From contig NW_002060960.1 of the NCBI RefSeq assembly GCF_000150275.1, positions 1 through 64,000 on the forward strand: a DNA stretch of 64,000 bases, given 5' to 3'. Under the pieces are notes generated by a model, which did not search any database, was not told where the DNA came from, and saw only the letters and a program-made list of their open reading frames with translations. This stretch comes from Trichoplax adhaerens. Taxonomy: Eukaryota > Animalia > Placozoa. Each line of letters starts with the position of its first letter. Position 1 is the first letter of the stretch. Positions 41,667 through 54,614 of this stretch are shown in pieces. Both the position numbers and the translations under genes were made by a program.

Positions 41667-44081
41667 CTAGGCAATTTTTAGTCCGGCTATGGATTGTTCC
41701 AGCGACTATATGAACAAGGAACGCAAAAAGTTTATTTCTCTTTGTTGCAATTCAGTAGGAAATAAAAAGGAATAGTATTTGCATGTGTAAGCATCAATAT
41801 ACTCATAATCATTTTTCTAATGCTTACCTTTAAATCCCAATCTATAATTTTACCGTCCATTCCAAAGGTAGAAAATACCGCACAGTCTTTCTTTGTACCT
41901 CTAGCAATAGCTACGCCCCTAGAAATGGATATCGATAATTTCATCAATCGATGGTAATGGTTTGCATATTAATGTGTGAGCCTCTTACTTGATGGCATTT
42001 TGATGAATAGAATTTAATGATGTGTTGCTTCTGTCACTTTTGGTAGAACCCAGTCTATCTAGATCTCTGAATTTATTTAACGCACTGAAAGAAAACAATA
42101 AGTTTATAATGTTAGCCCTTTCTAAGCAAAAAGAACCTACTCAATAAGTAACAAAGATAGAAACGCTTGCTACTATTACCTAAAAACGTTTTCAGACTGT
42201 TTTTTCTCCTTTTTATCAAGTGCATCACGAAATGTCAGATTTCCAGCACCATCAATACTGAACAGATACGGAACACAATCGTGGCCAACACTGACAATAC
42301 TATTCGATGAAATCCAGGTACATGAAGCGAAGGGTAAATAAGTACTCTTCACAGTCAACAAAATGTTGTCTCTTTCAGAGTCAACAACTGATATACTAGA
42401 ATCATGGCCAACCCATGCAACTTTTTTACCATCGAATGAAAAAGAAACAGAATGTACCCATCCACCTAGAACAAATAACAAGCATGATAATTAGTGTTTG
42501 TAGGAGATATACTTCTACGTGAAAGCCTTAACATTGCGTTGGTTACCGATCAGCATAAGCTATCAATTCAAATGTCAACAACGAAAGTTTATAAATACAA
42601 TAAGCACCTCCAGAATTAGAAAACTCGTGCATGCAAGCACCAAAATTCATTTTGGAGCCCCAAGATGTTGGTGATGGTTTACTCTCGATTTCTTTTATGT
42701 ATGCAGAGAATATTCTACACTTAAAATCGCACGATCCAGTTGCTAGTAAAATATTATTGGGATGCCAATCAACTGATAACACAGTCGAGTTGATTTGCTT
42801 CTTGATATGCTTGCTGACCCACCAATCATTTTCTTTCTCAAAATAACAGATGGAAACCAATTTGGCGCCGCATCCAACAGCAAATTTGTTCTCTACATTA
42901 TCACAAAAATAATAAGTCCTACTATAATCCCAAGTTATTTTACATCCCCGATAAAAAGCTACTGAAATGGCGTTACTGATGTATTACCACAGTACTGCAG
43001 TCTAAAGTTTACTTTTGCTATCTACTCTATATTAGAATAATCATCATACCGTCTGGTGACCATTTAACACACGTAGCCGCACGATTCATCCGGAGTAATA
43101 CCAAAGTTGGCTTCCAATCATTCCCTTCACGCTTCCATACGTAAGCATTCCTATCCTAATTAGCCAACAAGCCATCACCATAGTAAGATTAAATCCGAGA
43201 TAATAAAATAATCCTCATTACAGATTCCTACTGACGAATAGTGATGTCATGAATCAACTTACCGAACTACAAGTTACAATTTTATCACTTTCAGAAGCCC
43301 AATCAATGCCGTTGATAATTTCTGTGTGCTACAATAATTCAAAGTAGAGTGTAAGGTCAATAACGGATGATGAAGTTCATTACCGGTAAAACACCTTGAA
43401 AATAGCTCATAAAAATTAGGAATAACATCCTATACATTAGATTACTACATGAAGCCGAAATTGAAAAGTAATGGTAAGAAAATAAAGATTGAAGTTTTAT
43501 CCAAACTATCATTGATGAAAACTTTAGTTTTGGGAATAACCTCTTTCAGAACTTTACTTAAACTCCAGCTTGCTCCCTTCTTCACATAAATATGTACTTC
43601 TTCATTGTTAGGACAAAGAGCCAATTCTACAACATCAACACGAATCCAATATTAAAAGAGGAATAAACTCAGTAAAGTTTTACTTGACTAAATAATGAAG
43701 AGTGAGAAAGTAGGAAAAAAAATTGTAGTAAGTCGTGAATGTGGTGAGAGTACGCTAGGTCACATGATTGTCAACCTAGTTTGATGGTGGAACCACACCG
43801 ACATACTGTCACTACGGAAGAGCAATGCTTTCGCCTATAGAGCAAACTATTTTCTCTTGAATTATTGCAGTTTCCCTTCAACAGACATTTACAATCTCTA
43901 TTATAACTATGACTACACAAGAACATGAGATACAGATACTTGATGATGGGAAGTCAACGGCAACGCTGGGACGGGGAGCATGGAATAACTATCGCTAACC
44001 CTCTATGAACTTACGACTTCTATCGCTATTGAAGGCACAGCAAACGACGGATGAAGAAACGGTGTGATAAACTTCTGGCAT
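41667..44081 (-). CDS. ARPC1: Actin-related protein 2/3 complex subunit 1 (p41-Arc, WD40), ~9 exons
   Basis: [22 protein letters not shown] | [13 protein letters not shown] | [15 protein letters not shown] | DRNAYVW...[21 protein letters not shown] | [17 protein letters not shown]...[20 protein letters not shown] | [10 protein letters not shown] | [16 protein letters not shown] | [12 protein letters not shown] (TAG at 41667-41669). Confidence 0.97.
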
Positions 44082-44513
44082 TTCCAATAACCTGGCAATC
44101 AATAATGAGACAATAGAGAATGGAATAGGCAATCCAACATTCGAATCAAGTGTTAAAATAGGTTGAGAGAGAGGGAAATGGAACAATTTTCCCTGCGATT
44201 TTACCAACGAAAGTTGCGCCTCCCTTTTGACGTCTGTAGAAGACTGTACTGAAGATTACAATGTAGACTATAAGTAGTCGGGCTACGGCCAAGCAGAGCC
44301 CAGTAAGGGACAATAATAAGTGTATCTTGGCGGCGAACGCTGTACAAACTATGCAAAAGCTATGTCACCTATTGGAACTCGATGGTGTGGACACACTGAG
44401 TACAGTGTACAGTGTACAGTGTACAGTATAAAGTGCCCATACTGTACTGTATAGTACTGTACACCGAGAGAACGTGCAGAATTGATAGCATTTCCTTGAT
44501 CATTTTACTCAAA

Positions 44514-44885
44514 CGAAAGTACTGTACTTGAAGCAAAATGACGAGCAAAAAGAGTTAATCGGACTCCACAAGTCCACATTGAGACTGTACACTACGGATC
44601 ACCATCGAATGGGACAACTAAAATAGGAACGGATTGCATTATCGTTAACACGTGTAGTACAGTCATGGACTTCTAAAGTTATGACAGGATTTCGCCGATC
44701 ATTTGACTCTACCGAAAGTACTGTACTGTACTTGAAGCAAAAAGACGAGCAAAAAGAGGTAGTCGGACTCCACAAGTCCACATTGAGACTGTACACTACG
44801 GATCGCCATCGAATGGGACAACTAAAATAGGAACGGATTCCATTATCGTTAACTCGTAGTACAGCCATGGACTTGTAAAGTTATG
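44514..44885. repeat. Two highly similar ~200-bp tandem units upstream of ARPC1
   Basis: cgaaagtactgtac...tcggactccacaagtccacattgagactgtacactacggatc...catggactt.taaagttatg at ~44514 and ~44713. Confidence 0.95.
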
Positions 44886-47800
44886 GCTGTTCACAGCATA
44901 AAGTTCATTTCCTCTATGGATGGACTTAGCCATACTGTTCTGGGCGAGGCCATTTCTGTAATAATTTGCTTGGGCCAGGACTCAGGACGTCCGGACAATA
45001 TTTTGTGTGCGAGTTACGGACGCTAGGACAGCTAGAAGCGTAGAAAGAAGGGCGTTACAATAACAGAGTTTCTCTTGAACGCTTGTGGGTCTCGCAGTTA
45101 TGGCTAATTCTCAAGGCCACCCATAAAATGATTACAACAGCCAGCTACTGTCAGACTTTGTACTCGATGCTTCATATTCTGAAAACGGAAAGATCACCTA
45201 GATAATTAGATATACATTAGTCCTTGTGATATTCGTATGGTACGTGGAATATTGTTCTTTTAGTAGGTACATGGACTACATTGTACAAGTGTACAATAGA
45301 CTCCGCAAGTTCATGAAAAATGCTTACAATTTACCTTACTACAGATCACTGTCTGGCAAAATGAATAGGGAAGTTTACTACGTTTGTCAATTTTGTATAA
45401 CAGTGATTTACTGTATAATGGTGCCCATTAACTGTCATCGTGTGTGTTTACAGCATTAGTCCTGTTATAGTGATATACGTACTCGAACTGACATCAGAAC
45501 GCTACGGAAACTGTACAGTAATTGAATACCTGTTCTTTTCTATGTGCATCTAACAGTGGATATCTCATCCAGCCAGCTATGCTGATAAACTATTATGCGC
45601 TGTTGCAGATAGAAGGTTATCTGATCTCCGGCGATAGGGCATTATTATTGTCAACAAGAGGATTTCTTTCATTTGGGGATAATTACAGTAATACGCGCGA
45701 TTGAAAGAAAGAACCTACGTAACATCATGCATTTGTAATAAATGCGTCTCAAAAGAACTATCTTAGTCAAATGTTATTTTCGAAAAGACTTTTATTACAA
45801 GGTTTTAAAAATAGTAGAGCAATGATCAATTACTACTAGAATCTAGTGTAAAATCGAGAGTATTCCGAGCTCAAAGCGAAGTGAAGTCTCTTCTCCTATG
45901 TAAACATTACGTTAAATCCATTTATGGCAACTTGATTAATCTACAATCGGACATAAGTCATCAAACAAAATACTTTTCTCTAATAGTACATCATTATTTT
46001 ATACAATCTAAATCATTCTACTTAAGATGTCAATACTCTTCTATTAACATCTAGGCCCTTTCTCCGATGGGCATCTTAACAACTACGATGTTTCTAGCTA
46101 CATAAATCTTGTACCATAATTAGTCAACTGGCTACTATTAGTCATCAACAATTTCTAATATAGAAGTTAGCAATCATCTAATATTAGCTTCACGATAATA
46201 TCTATTCAAAGCAACCTAACTATATCAAATATAGCTATCCGTTTAATCAAACATGGGTGCATCAATACAGAATTACAAACAACAAGTCGTAGTCACATAT
46301 TCTACTTTGATTGAGCTGGCTTCTAGCAGCGTTTCATAGCTAGAGCGGCTAAAATAGGTTACAAAAAAATTGAAATTGGTTTGCTAGATAACTATTTTAG
46401 CGTCTTTAAAGTTTAAATAAAAAAAGTAGTAAATACTATGGTGAAATTGGAGCATTTCTAAAGTAACGTTGTCGCCACACAAGTTATGGCATAATAGCAT
46501 AATGTTCACTATCTGTACTAAATCCCGTCGATCTAGCAAGTCTAGCCTCCAATTCACTATTATTCAAACCATCTTTCTAGCCGTAGCTTCTTCATTATGC
46601 TACCATTTTATCTGGTAGATAACATTAGATCAGCACGGAAATCCTTACTTTAGGCAGCTTTAGGTGTTTCTGCGACAAAGCAAGGCACCATTTCATTCAA
46701 TGCGATCCATGAGCAGAAAGAGATTCACTTAGTGTAAGCGTATTATTTAAGTTCGTTCTCTTATGCCAACAATAAAACAATACCTTGTACCGTTTACTCT
46801 TCAATGAAACCTGTGAGAAAATGAAAATCTATGCAGTTAATAATTATCTCTTGCTACCATGATAGTCTGCTAGAGTTCTGCTACATTTTCATCAATAGGT
46901 TAGAAAGTTTGAGCTGAATGTCCCCGGGAGCTGCGCACATTTCTATATGCAAAATTTATTCCTTTATTATGCATTTTATAAACTCACGAACCCTGTCAAT
47001 TAGGGTATACTTTATGATATGCAGGGCATGTCATGATTCATTCTGCATTCTAGTTCGCATATTTGCTTAGTTTCTGATGAATTTCTAGCCATTAATGACG
47101 AAACGCTAGGGCACTAGTGCTAAAGTAACCAGACTTGTCATTGAGCAAAATGTAATGCAACATTGTTACGGGCTATGTATGCCAAACGGGCAACATATAC
47201 GATGCTCGAGGGCAATGTAGATGTTATGGGCCATGCATATATGACGATCACGGTTAGATTAAAAAAGGTGTAATGAAATGGTGAAGTTCATTAGCTGCAA
47301 TATCCTTACCTAATTAAAGCCCTTAACATGACTTGGTCAGACACCTTGTCACACACCACTAGAGACAAAGTAAATCTACACAAGTAACGCTTAAGAAGAG
47401 CGCCTCTGACTGACTTAAAGAGACAAGATTAGCTATATCACCAAATAGTTCAGTTCCAACGTCTGAATACTATAGCATAGTTATAGCGTTACTGATAGTG
47501 TAGACAAGGTAGTTAGAGAATCGCAGCTATTTATTACTGAAGAAATCTTGACAACCAAGATTGTAGTCTTGATAATTCAATAGCGATTGACAAACTAGTT
47601 GTCTAACTAACCGACTAACTAACTAACTAAAAAGTGGTCTAGTAATTAGAACAAGCGTCCGTATCGTAATATACCTTTATAGAAATTGTGCAATAGCGCA
47701 CAGCAATATAGAATGTAATTAATGACTAACAACGGCTATGATAAAAACATATTCAGCTACCTTTAATTAATGGTGTAATTTAAAATTATTGTTCATATTT

Positions 47801-49198
47801 GCCTATTTAAAATGGAAGTCTGTCTATAATATATTTACAGCTGGAATCATCCATAAAAGTACCTAAAGTATAATCTGAAATAAATCTTCGTCTAATGAGT
47901 ATCCTCTTCATCTATTAACATAACGTAACAATAAAATAAACGTGGTAAAAACCGATAGTATGCATGACAAAAATAATATTATCAAAGTACCAAACTCACA
48001 AAGAAATTGTTATTTTTGAAATTCGAAAATAATGATTAGGTACGCCAGGGATCTTAATTAATCATATAATGTAACGATCGAAAAAATGATATAAATTTTT
48101 GCCGATTTTCTGTGCTTATTAGCGTGCTATTTTATTATTAAAAGTAAAATAATTCGATAGAATGATTATCTCTGACCGTATTCCTGACAACGTTAATCAC
48201 TACCTATTATTACATTTAATTTCAAAAGAAAAACTTTACAAATGGCTACAAGTTATAGACGTAATATCCAGTAGAAGAGATCATCTTTATACTAGTGATA
48301 CTTATAAAATATGAGTTATTTATTTACTGTCATTTATTCCGGAGGAAAAGGCAGACGTGCTATCATAAATAAGAAATATTATTGTAAAAGGAGCGCAAAA
48401 TATCCCTATTTATATTTGTTTTAGTTAAGAAATAAACTTTGATATTATTTAGCGTCCTTGATATCTAGCCCGTGAATACCAAATTACTTCTAGCAGTTTC
48501 AAGTACAACATGTTACTGTAAGTTGTACGTGTAATTACGCCATCGTATGCATAGATGGCAACAGTTATTATGGTCCACTCTGCTGATTGTCCATTACATA
48601 CTGTAGCTGAATTTGACAAAGCTCGCCTTTACTTAGGTACGAAATTACTCGCGTCTTGCGATAATTGCTCTTCCCTAGCTGTGATCAAATCCTGGCTGAT
48701 TTTAATTATGAAATAATTGATACACATGATTATTTTAGTCACCATCTTAGTAATAACGATAGCTGTAACAGGAGTTTTTTCTTTCCATTCTCAGCCGATT
48801 ACCTTTGAGTCAATAAAGTATGGAGTGGCTACTCCAGTGCATCTTGGCTTCCAGCCGATCTTGCTCTATTCGGTTTGAGACTAGCTGCTAACTTCATGAT
48901 CTATTACCAATTTTTTATGAATACTGTACTGTTTTTATATCATCTGATTTTCCATGACCCCCATGAGACATCTTAATCGCTTAGTCATTGTATAAATATA
49001 GAAGGTATTACCGTACTAGGCGGTCAATGGTGTTCTGCTGCGAGGCAACAATCAGCCATCTTATTTAAAAAGACGGGAAGCAAAAGCCAAGGTATTACAG
49101 TTCTACTACATAATTGTATCAACGTTTACTAGCAGTAACTTCGATATTAGAATTTCTCTCTCTACTGAAACTTCAAGTTAAAAGAAGAAGCTTTCATA

Positions 49199-50880
49199 AT
49201 GATGAAAGTGGTTATTTTGGTCTTGTTATCCACCCTACTCTTTACAGGTAAAAGGGGAGAAACATCTGCCATAAAATATCAAAATTTTATGAGTTTCTCG
49301 AACTTCATGTTTAATTCGCTGCTACGGTAACTTTAATATCAAATAATAAACTCCAAGGATTCGCAGATTGCATCCCAGTACCTAACACTCATTAAAATTT
49401 ACGACCAAGCAATCTACATATACATAAAATAGAAAGAGATTTTTTCATGTAATAAACTACACAATAAATTGTATTGTGCTATTAGAGCCAAGATACGTAT
49501 AATTACAAATTTTCAAACCATGTGCATTGTAAAGCTAGTATACTCATATTATTATATTTTGCAGTAAATTAGCTAGTAGGCATACACGATAGAATTAAAT
49601 ATTTAGTAAAGTTATAATTTGATAATGAATTTAATCTTGTTTTGCTGTAGTTGTCATAGCCGACAACGCTAGGAGAAGTAAACATTGTAATAGCTGTATA
49701 AAAAAAATTCAAGGAGGAATTGCCTACATGAACAGGACGTCAACAAGGGTATCAATTTATAGCTATAAAGATGATACTTACCAACAATGCATACAAATTA
49801 TTTAAACCATTAATTTCGAAGATAGTCTACTAGTAAAGAAATCATCGACATAATAAATATTACTAAGCTATTAGGGAAGAATAGTTACAGGGTGAATTCA
49901 TTTATTTGATTTATACCGTACAGTTACTTTCCTACTTAGCATTACAACATTCAATTTTAGTCTGCTTCTAAAGCATCATTTGCTACTATTAATGTGTCTT
50001 CGATATTATGATTTTAATTTTTTTTAGAACTTATTGTGGCAGATACTATTATTTTAAGCTAATTGCAATTATCTAAGTCAACTATTAAGTACCGTATAAA
50101 ATGATAGAGCTAGCGAAATCTTCTGTAAATTATTTACTGTTTATACTTTCAGAGCAGTATCAAGAAATTTTTGACCAATTTTTGCTCTACATCGGGACCT
50201 TATAAACGATTGGTATTGATATGTGATGATTGCAGCTAATTTACGGTGGCAATATGTGTTGAATTTGTAATAGTAGTAAGAAGTACTCGTATATGTGCCA
50301 CATCAGAGATATGCTCAATGTTAAATAACTCAAAATATGAGTTAATAATAGCGAACTTAAGAAAATGTATTCATTACATAATAGCACAAAATGTATCAAT
50401 TGAACGATTTTATGCAATTTTCAATTATTTAGATGCATGATGCCTTATTTTATTGCTTACAATGTTTCTGATTTTCAGTGCGATAAATACGTAATAAAAT
50501 ATTTTTCAAAGGTAATTACGACCATCAGTGATTCCTTGGTAAGTGAAGAATATCTTCAATTTTACTGGATATAATAAAATCACTTAATGAATCTCTTCTA
50601 GCTCTATCTTTACTAAACATCTACATTTCGCTTTTGGCCCTTTAGCATAGCATAGTCAGTAGTCATAAATCAAAAAGTTTAACCGTGCAAATACGAGAAT
50701 TCTAATATAGCCTACGATAAGGAGAATATTAATGTTCTGTTTTAATATTCTTGTCAGAATCCGCTCGTTTGGTGCCAGAATTGGGGAAGTTGTGCCAGAA
50801 GTTCAAACTTAAAAATGGTGCAGAATTTAATAGAAATTATGTCTCATGACCCATCATTAATCGGAAACGATCGCAATTAA
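49199..50880 (+). CDS. Secreted saposin-like protein 1 (single SapB domain; NK-lysin/amoebapore/caenopore type), 129 aa
   Basis: Exons 49199-49247, 49651-49748, 50153-50212, 50479-50538 and 50758-50880 (all GT-AG, in frame): MMKVVILVLLSTLLFTVVIADNARRSKHCNSCIKKIQGGIAYMNRTSTRSSIKKFLTNFCSTSGPYKRLCDKYVIKYFSKVITTISDSLNPLVWCQNWGSCARSSNLKMVQNLIEIMSHDPSLIGNDRN. Signal peptide plus six Cys in SapB spacing. Confidence 0.9.
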
Positions 50881-50916
50881 ATTCATTTTATCTAGTCTAT
50901 AATCTAGATTGCAAGC

Positions 50917-50980
50917 ATATTCACTAACTTTTCTTTCTATGATATCATATTCACCAGCTTTTCTTTCTATGATATCATAT
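50917..50980. repeat. ~30-bp tandem duplication in the SAPLIP-1 3'UTR
   Basis: atattcac.a.ctttttctttctatgatatc occurs twice. Confidence 0.85.
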
Positions 50981-53900
50981 GCGAATTCGAGTAATATAGT
51001 ATTGTTGCAAATAACTGAAGTAATAGTTTAACTATGACTAATATTAGCAATTAGGAGTTTAAGATCACGAATTGAAATTAGGTGTTGCAGAAAATTGTGT
51101 CGCTACTTTACTAAGTTCTTTACAGTGGGTGAATTTTAGCAGTGCTTGCAATACAAAAAAGTAGAAAAGAGCATTTACATCAATCATAAAATTGGATTGA
51201 TACATAAATAATCACATTCTTTCTAATTCATTTTGTTCCTTATTCGTCATTTGATTACTTAAGGCATTTTAATGAATAAAAATTCCAATTTTGCAATTTA
51301 GAGATGACTGCAATAATACATATTTCTTTGTCTCAATTTTATTTGGAAAATTCAACATGATAGTCTTACTGAGTCCTACCGTACAAAATAAAAGCTTAGA
51401 CAATCAATAAAGTCTTTCTAGTTGTTTTAAACACACTTTATTAAAAGAATCGGTATTATAATAACAATCCAGAATTAGAACGTGCAGTTTGAAGGTATAC
51501 TATAACTTACATGTTCGGTCAATTACCAGAACATTTGAAAAAAAATAGTAGACATGGTCTAAAAATAGTATTTAAACTGTTGGAATGAAGATAATATCGT
51601 GGACGTTAGTGAATAGAATTTATCTCATAGGAAATTCTACCTCTAGAGATACGAATGGTATAGCATTTATAAGATATTTAAGATCAATTACTAGTAATTA
51701 TGAAACTATTTCAGGTCTGCATCGCAAGTACGATACATTGTTATTCTCTCTTGAATGGGTTCTTCATAATTATATTAAATAAATATCTGAAAAGTCACTG
51801 TAATAAACTGACTGATAAATATCGTAAACAGCAATTAATTTAGTATCAACGAGAAAAGTACATGCTGAAGTAAGCGATTAAAGAGACTTTGCTCTGTAAT
51901 CCCCTTAATCAGTAGTAAGAAAAAGCCTGTTTAATGCACACGTAAATTTATAAAATTATAAATATAGTGGCAGTAAATTGACTATATTTTTTTAAAACAA
52001 TTACAAGTGCAGCGTTAGTTCTTTCACTGATATAAAGGATGACATAATATTATTCGCTAGCATGTACGTATATAAATGAGGTCGAGAAATAAATAATTCT
52101 ACATAGAAAATAAAAGATGGCATAATAGACTACAGCGTAGCTAAACCAGAAATTAAAAATAGCTCCCTGAAACTAATTTACTTTACAAGCAATGTGACAA
52201 AATTAACCTCCATAGAATAGTTTGTCGATATACCTAGATTTATTTATGATTGTGAGAAGATAGTTTTTCAAGTTTATCTTGGTAAATAAGAAAGCTAATC
52301 GAAAATTAAAGCTACTATAATAACAATTTTTTACTGTATAAGCGTTCAATATAACTAATTCACTCTAAATTTGATAGTAAAGGATTAGTTTTGTTATATT
52401 TCAGTTGTATTTATGAAATATAGCTTACATTCAAGAAAGGAATATGATACTGCGAATAGCATATTCTTTCTTTAACACCATTCAGTATACGCACCAGAAG
52501 ACATTTATGGCGACTTAATAAGCTTAATAAAAGTTGTTATTGTTGGTATTAAGGTGGCTTTAGCAATTAAAAATTTCAGTAAATCATAAGTTAGACTGCT
52601 AAAAGAAAATGTTTTCCTTATTTCATAGTCCTATGCATTAGTCATCCGATAATCACAATTACTACCCACTAAAAACAGCAACCTAAGCGATTGCTGCTGT
52701 TGCTAGTAACTTTATTGTATAATATCTTATAATATTTGTCAAGTGAAAATTTCCAGTTTGATACTTGTATCTGACTATGCAAATTTAACTTCAACAAAGT
52801 GCCGCAGGAGGCTAAGGTACTTAATTATGCAACATACCTACGTTATACTGTACAAGGCTGTAGAAAAATAGGTTCTAGAGGTGAGATCCTGATAATTATA
52901 AATAACATAATCATGAATAAGATGGCGGCGCTAGACCTGACCCGGAATGGACCAGCATGGTCGACGAAACTACATTTAGGCGTTAGAATAATTAAGTGCT
53001 AGTAGTGAATAATTTTGGAGACGATAGCCGTAGCTTTAAGTGAAAATGTAGGAGGGAGTTCGAGATCTAGCTATGAGTACTTTATTTGGTTTAAGTTTTA
53101 CTGCTATAATATTCAACGATAATTTTAAGTCGTAAATCGTTTTTTATCAGCTAACATTGAGAGTCATTTACTTAGTTACCGTTTCATAGTAGGGATGGAA
53201 ATCGTACTTTATTACAAAAATATCACCTCTTGACCTGCTATTGAGTAATCCTTCACTTTAGCCACTACCTTGCTTAGTTTTATCGTTAGAATCTACATTA
53301 ATGGCAGACTCTTAAGTGATTCAGTCCCTACCAGGAACGCGAGGAATGCATTAAGCATCTAATTTTTTAAAATCGTCCTGATTCTTTATAAATGTTCAAT
53401 TTCACCGCCGCAAAGATACCTGAGTTTCTCTGCCTTATTCTGCAAAGAAATGCTCTTCAAAAATCTATACTGAATTCTTAAAGACTTATTTAAACGTATT
53501 AGAAAAGTAAAATGATGCAACATTATACCCGAACGAAAAAGTAAATGCCCAAACGAATTGCAAACTGCAATCCATGGTTCTTAACTGCCTTTATTCTATT
53601 AATTGCTGTTTCTCAATCACAATTCTACTATCAGTTTCCGCGATTTCTCAAAGTAGACATCTTCACAAATACAGTAGAACATTGAACAATCTACTATAGG
53701 GTTCATGGCCTCTTTATTAATTTCTGCAAAGCCATTCCCGTACTTTGTTACCGTTGATTACGTTCTGCAGCTAGGTAGTAAAGTATATGGTATCTATCAT
53801 TGCATTTTCAGTAATTATGTTATCGCTATCAATTAATTGAGTCAACCAGAATGTGTAAAGTTGAGAAAGCCTTCTTGATTAATCTAAATTAAATCAATTT

Positions 53901-54614
53901 CTTAACTAAAGATAAAATATTTCAATAATTTGCCTATTAAATCAATTACTTGATTAGCCAAATTTGCTGGAGCCGTTACTTAAGTCATTAGATACTGCAC
54001 TGAAGTAACAGCATGAATTGATGAAAATTCATCTATGATTACAAGTAAGGGATAAGACATCCAAAATATTATTCGAATTTTTGCCATTTCTTTCTATCTT
54101 TTAAGTAGTAGCTTGCCGAAAGTAGCTCGCCGAATTACCAGCATTGATAGTAAACAAATGGGCTTGCTTCTATTGAACACTTTTATTAATTCAACTATTT
54201 TTAGGGAAATAGACTGTTGATTTTTGGTTTCACTGTAAAAAGGAAATAATGCCACATACAAATAACAACCCTAGCGTTAAGTAAAGCTTTTGTTTTTAAT
54301 TTGAATGAGCATTAAAGTCGCTTTGCTTGATTTGTAAGGAATCAGCAGCCATTTATCCCGCGAAAATTATGAATAGGGTAAGTAGTAAAATAAGTGAATA
54401 TTAGTTTTACTAAGGTTTCTTTGTTAGTGTAATCGATTTTAATTAGAGTATAGGATTGTATTTATTTTATATATTCATTAAATGCTGTTGAAAGCAATAT
54501 GAATACATTACGAGTAAAGAGGCACTAGGAACCTATAAGAAGAGCAAATAAGAGTCTATTCTGACATTTTTTCTTTTGGTTCACGGAAGATCCAAGTTGG
54601 GAACGATTTAAAAA

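Noticed and set aside
44514-44885. Repeat considered as CRISPR-like or coding (ORF 44599-44868)
   Set aside because: Only two long units with no spacer structure in a eukaryotic context; the ORF is a by-product of the repeat
46915-47120. gaatgtccccgg ... ctagttcgca ... ggggca resembling RNase MRP CR-I, CR-IV and CR-V
   Set aside because: No GARAR P8 loop, no convincing P1/P3 helices and a very AT-rich interior. An Infernal search with the RNase_MRP model would settle it.
48803-49065. Minus-strand exon-like segments antisense and upstream of SAPLIP-1
   Set aside because: Frames hit stops when joined; unsupported without transcript data
52799-53002. ORF containing a YY1-like AAGATGGCGGC motif and MAALDL start between the SAPLIPs
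   Set aside because: Only 26 codons from that ATG and no downstream exons found
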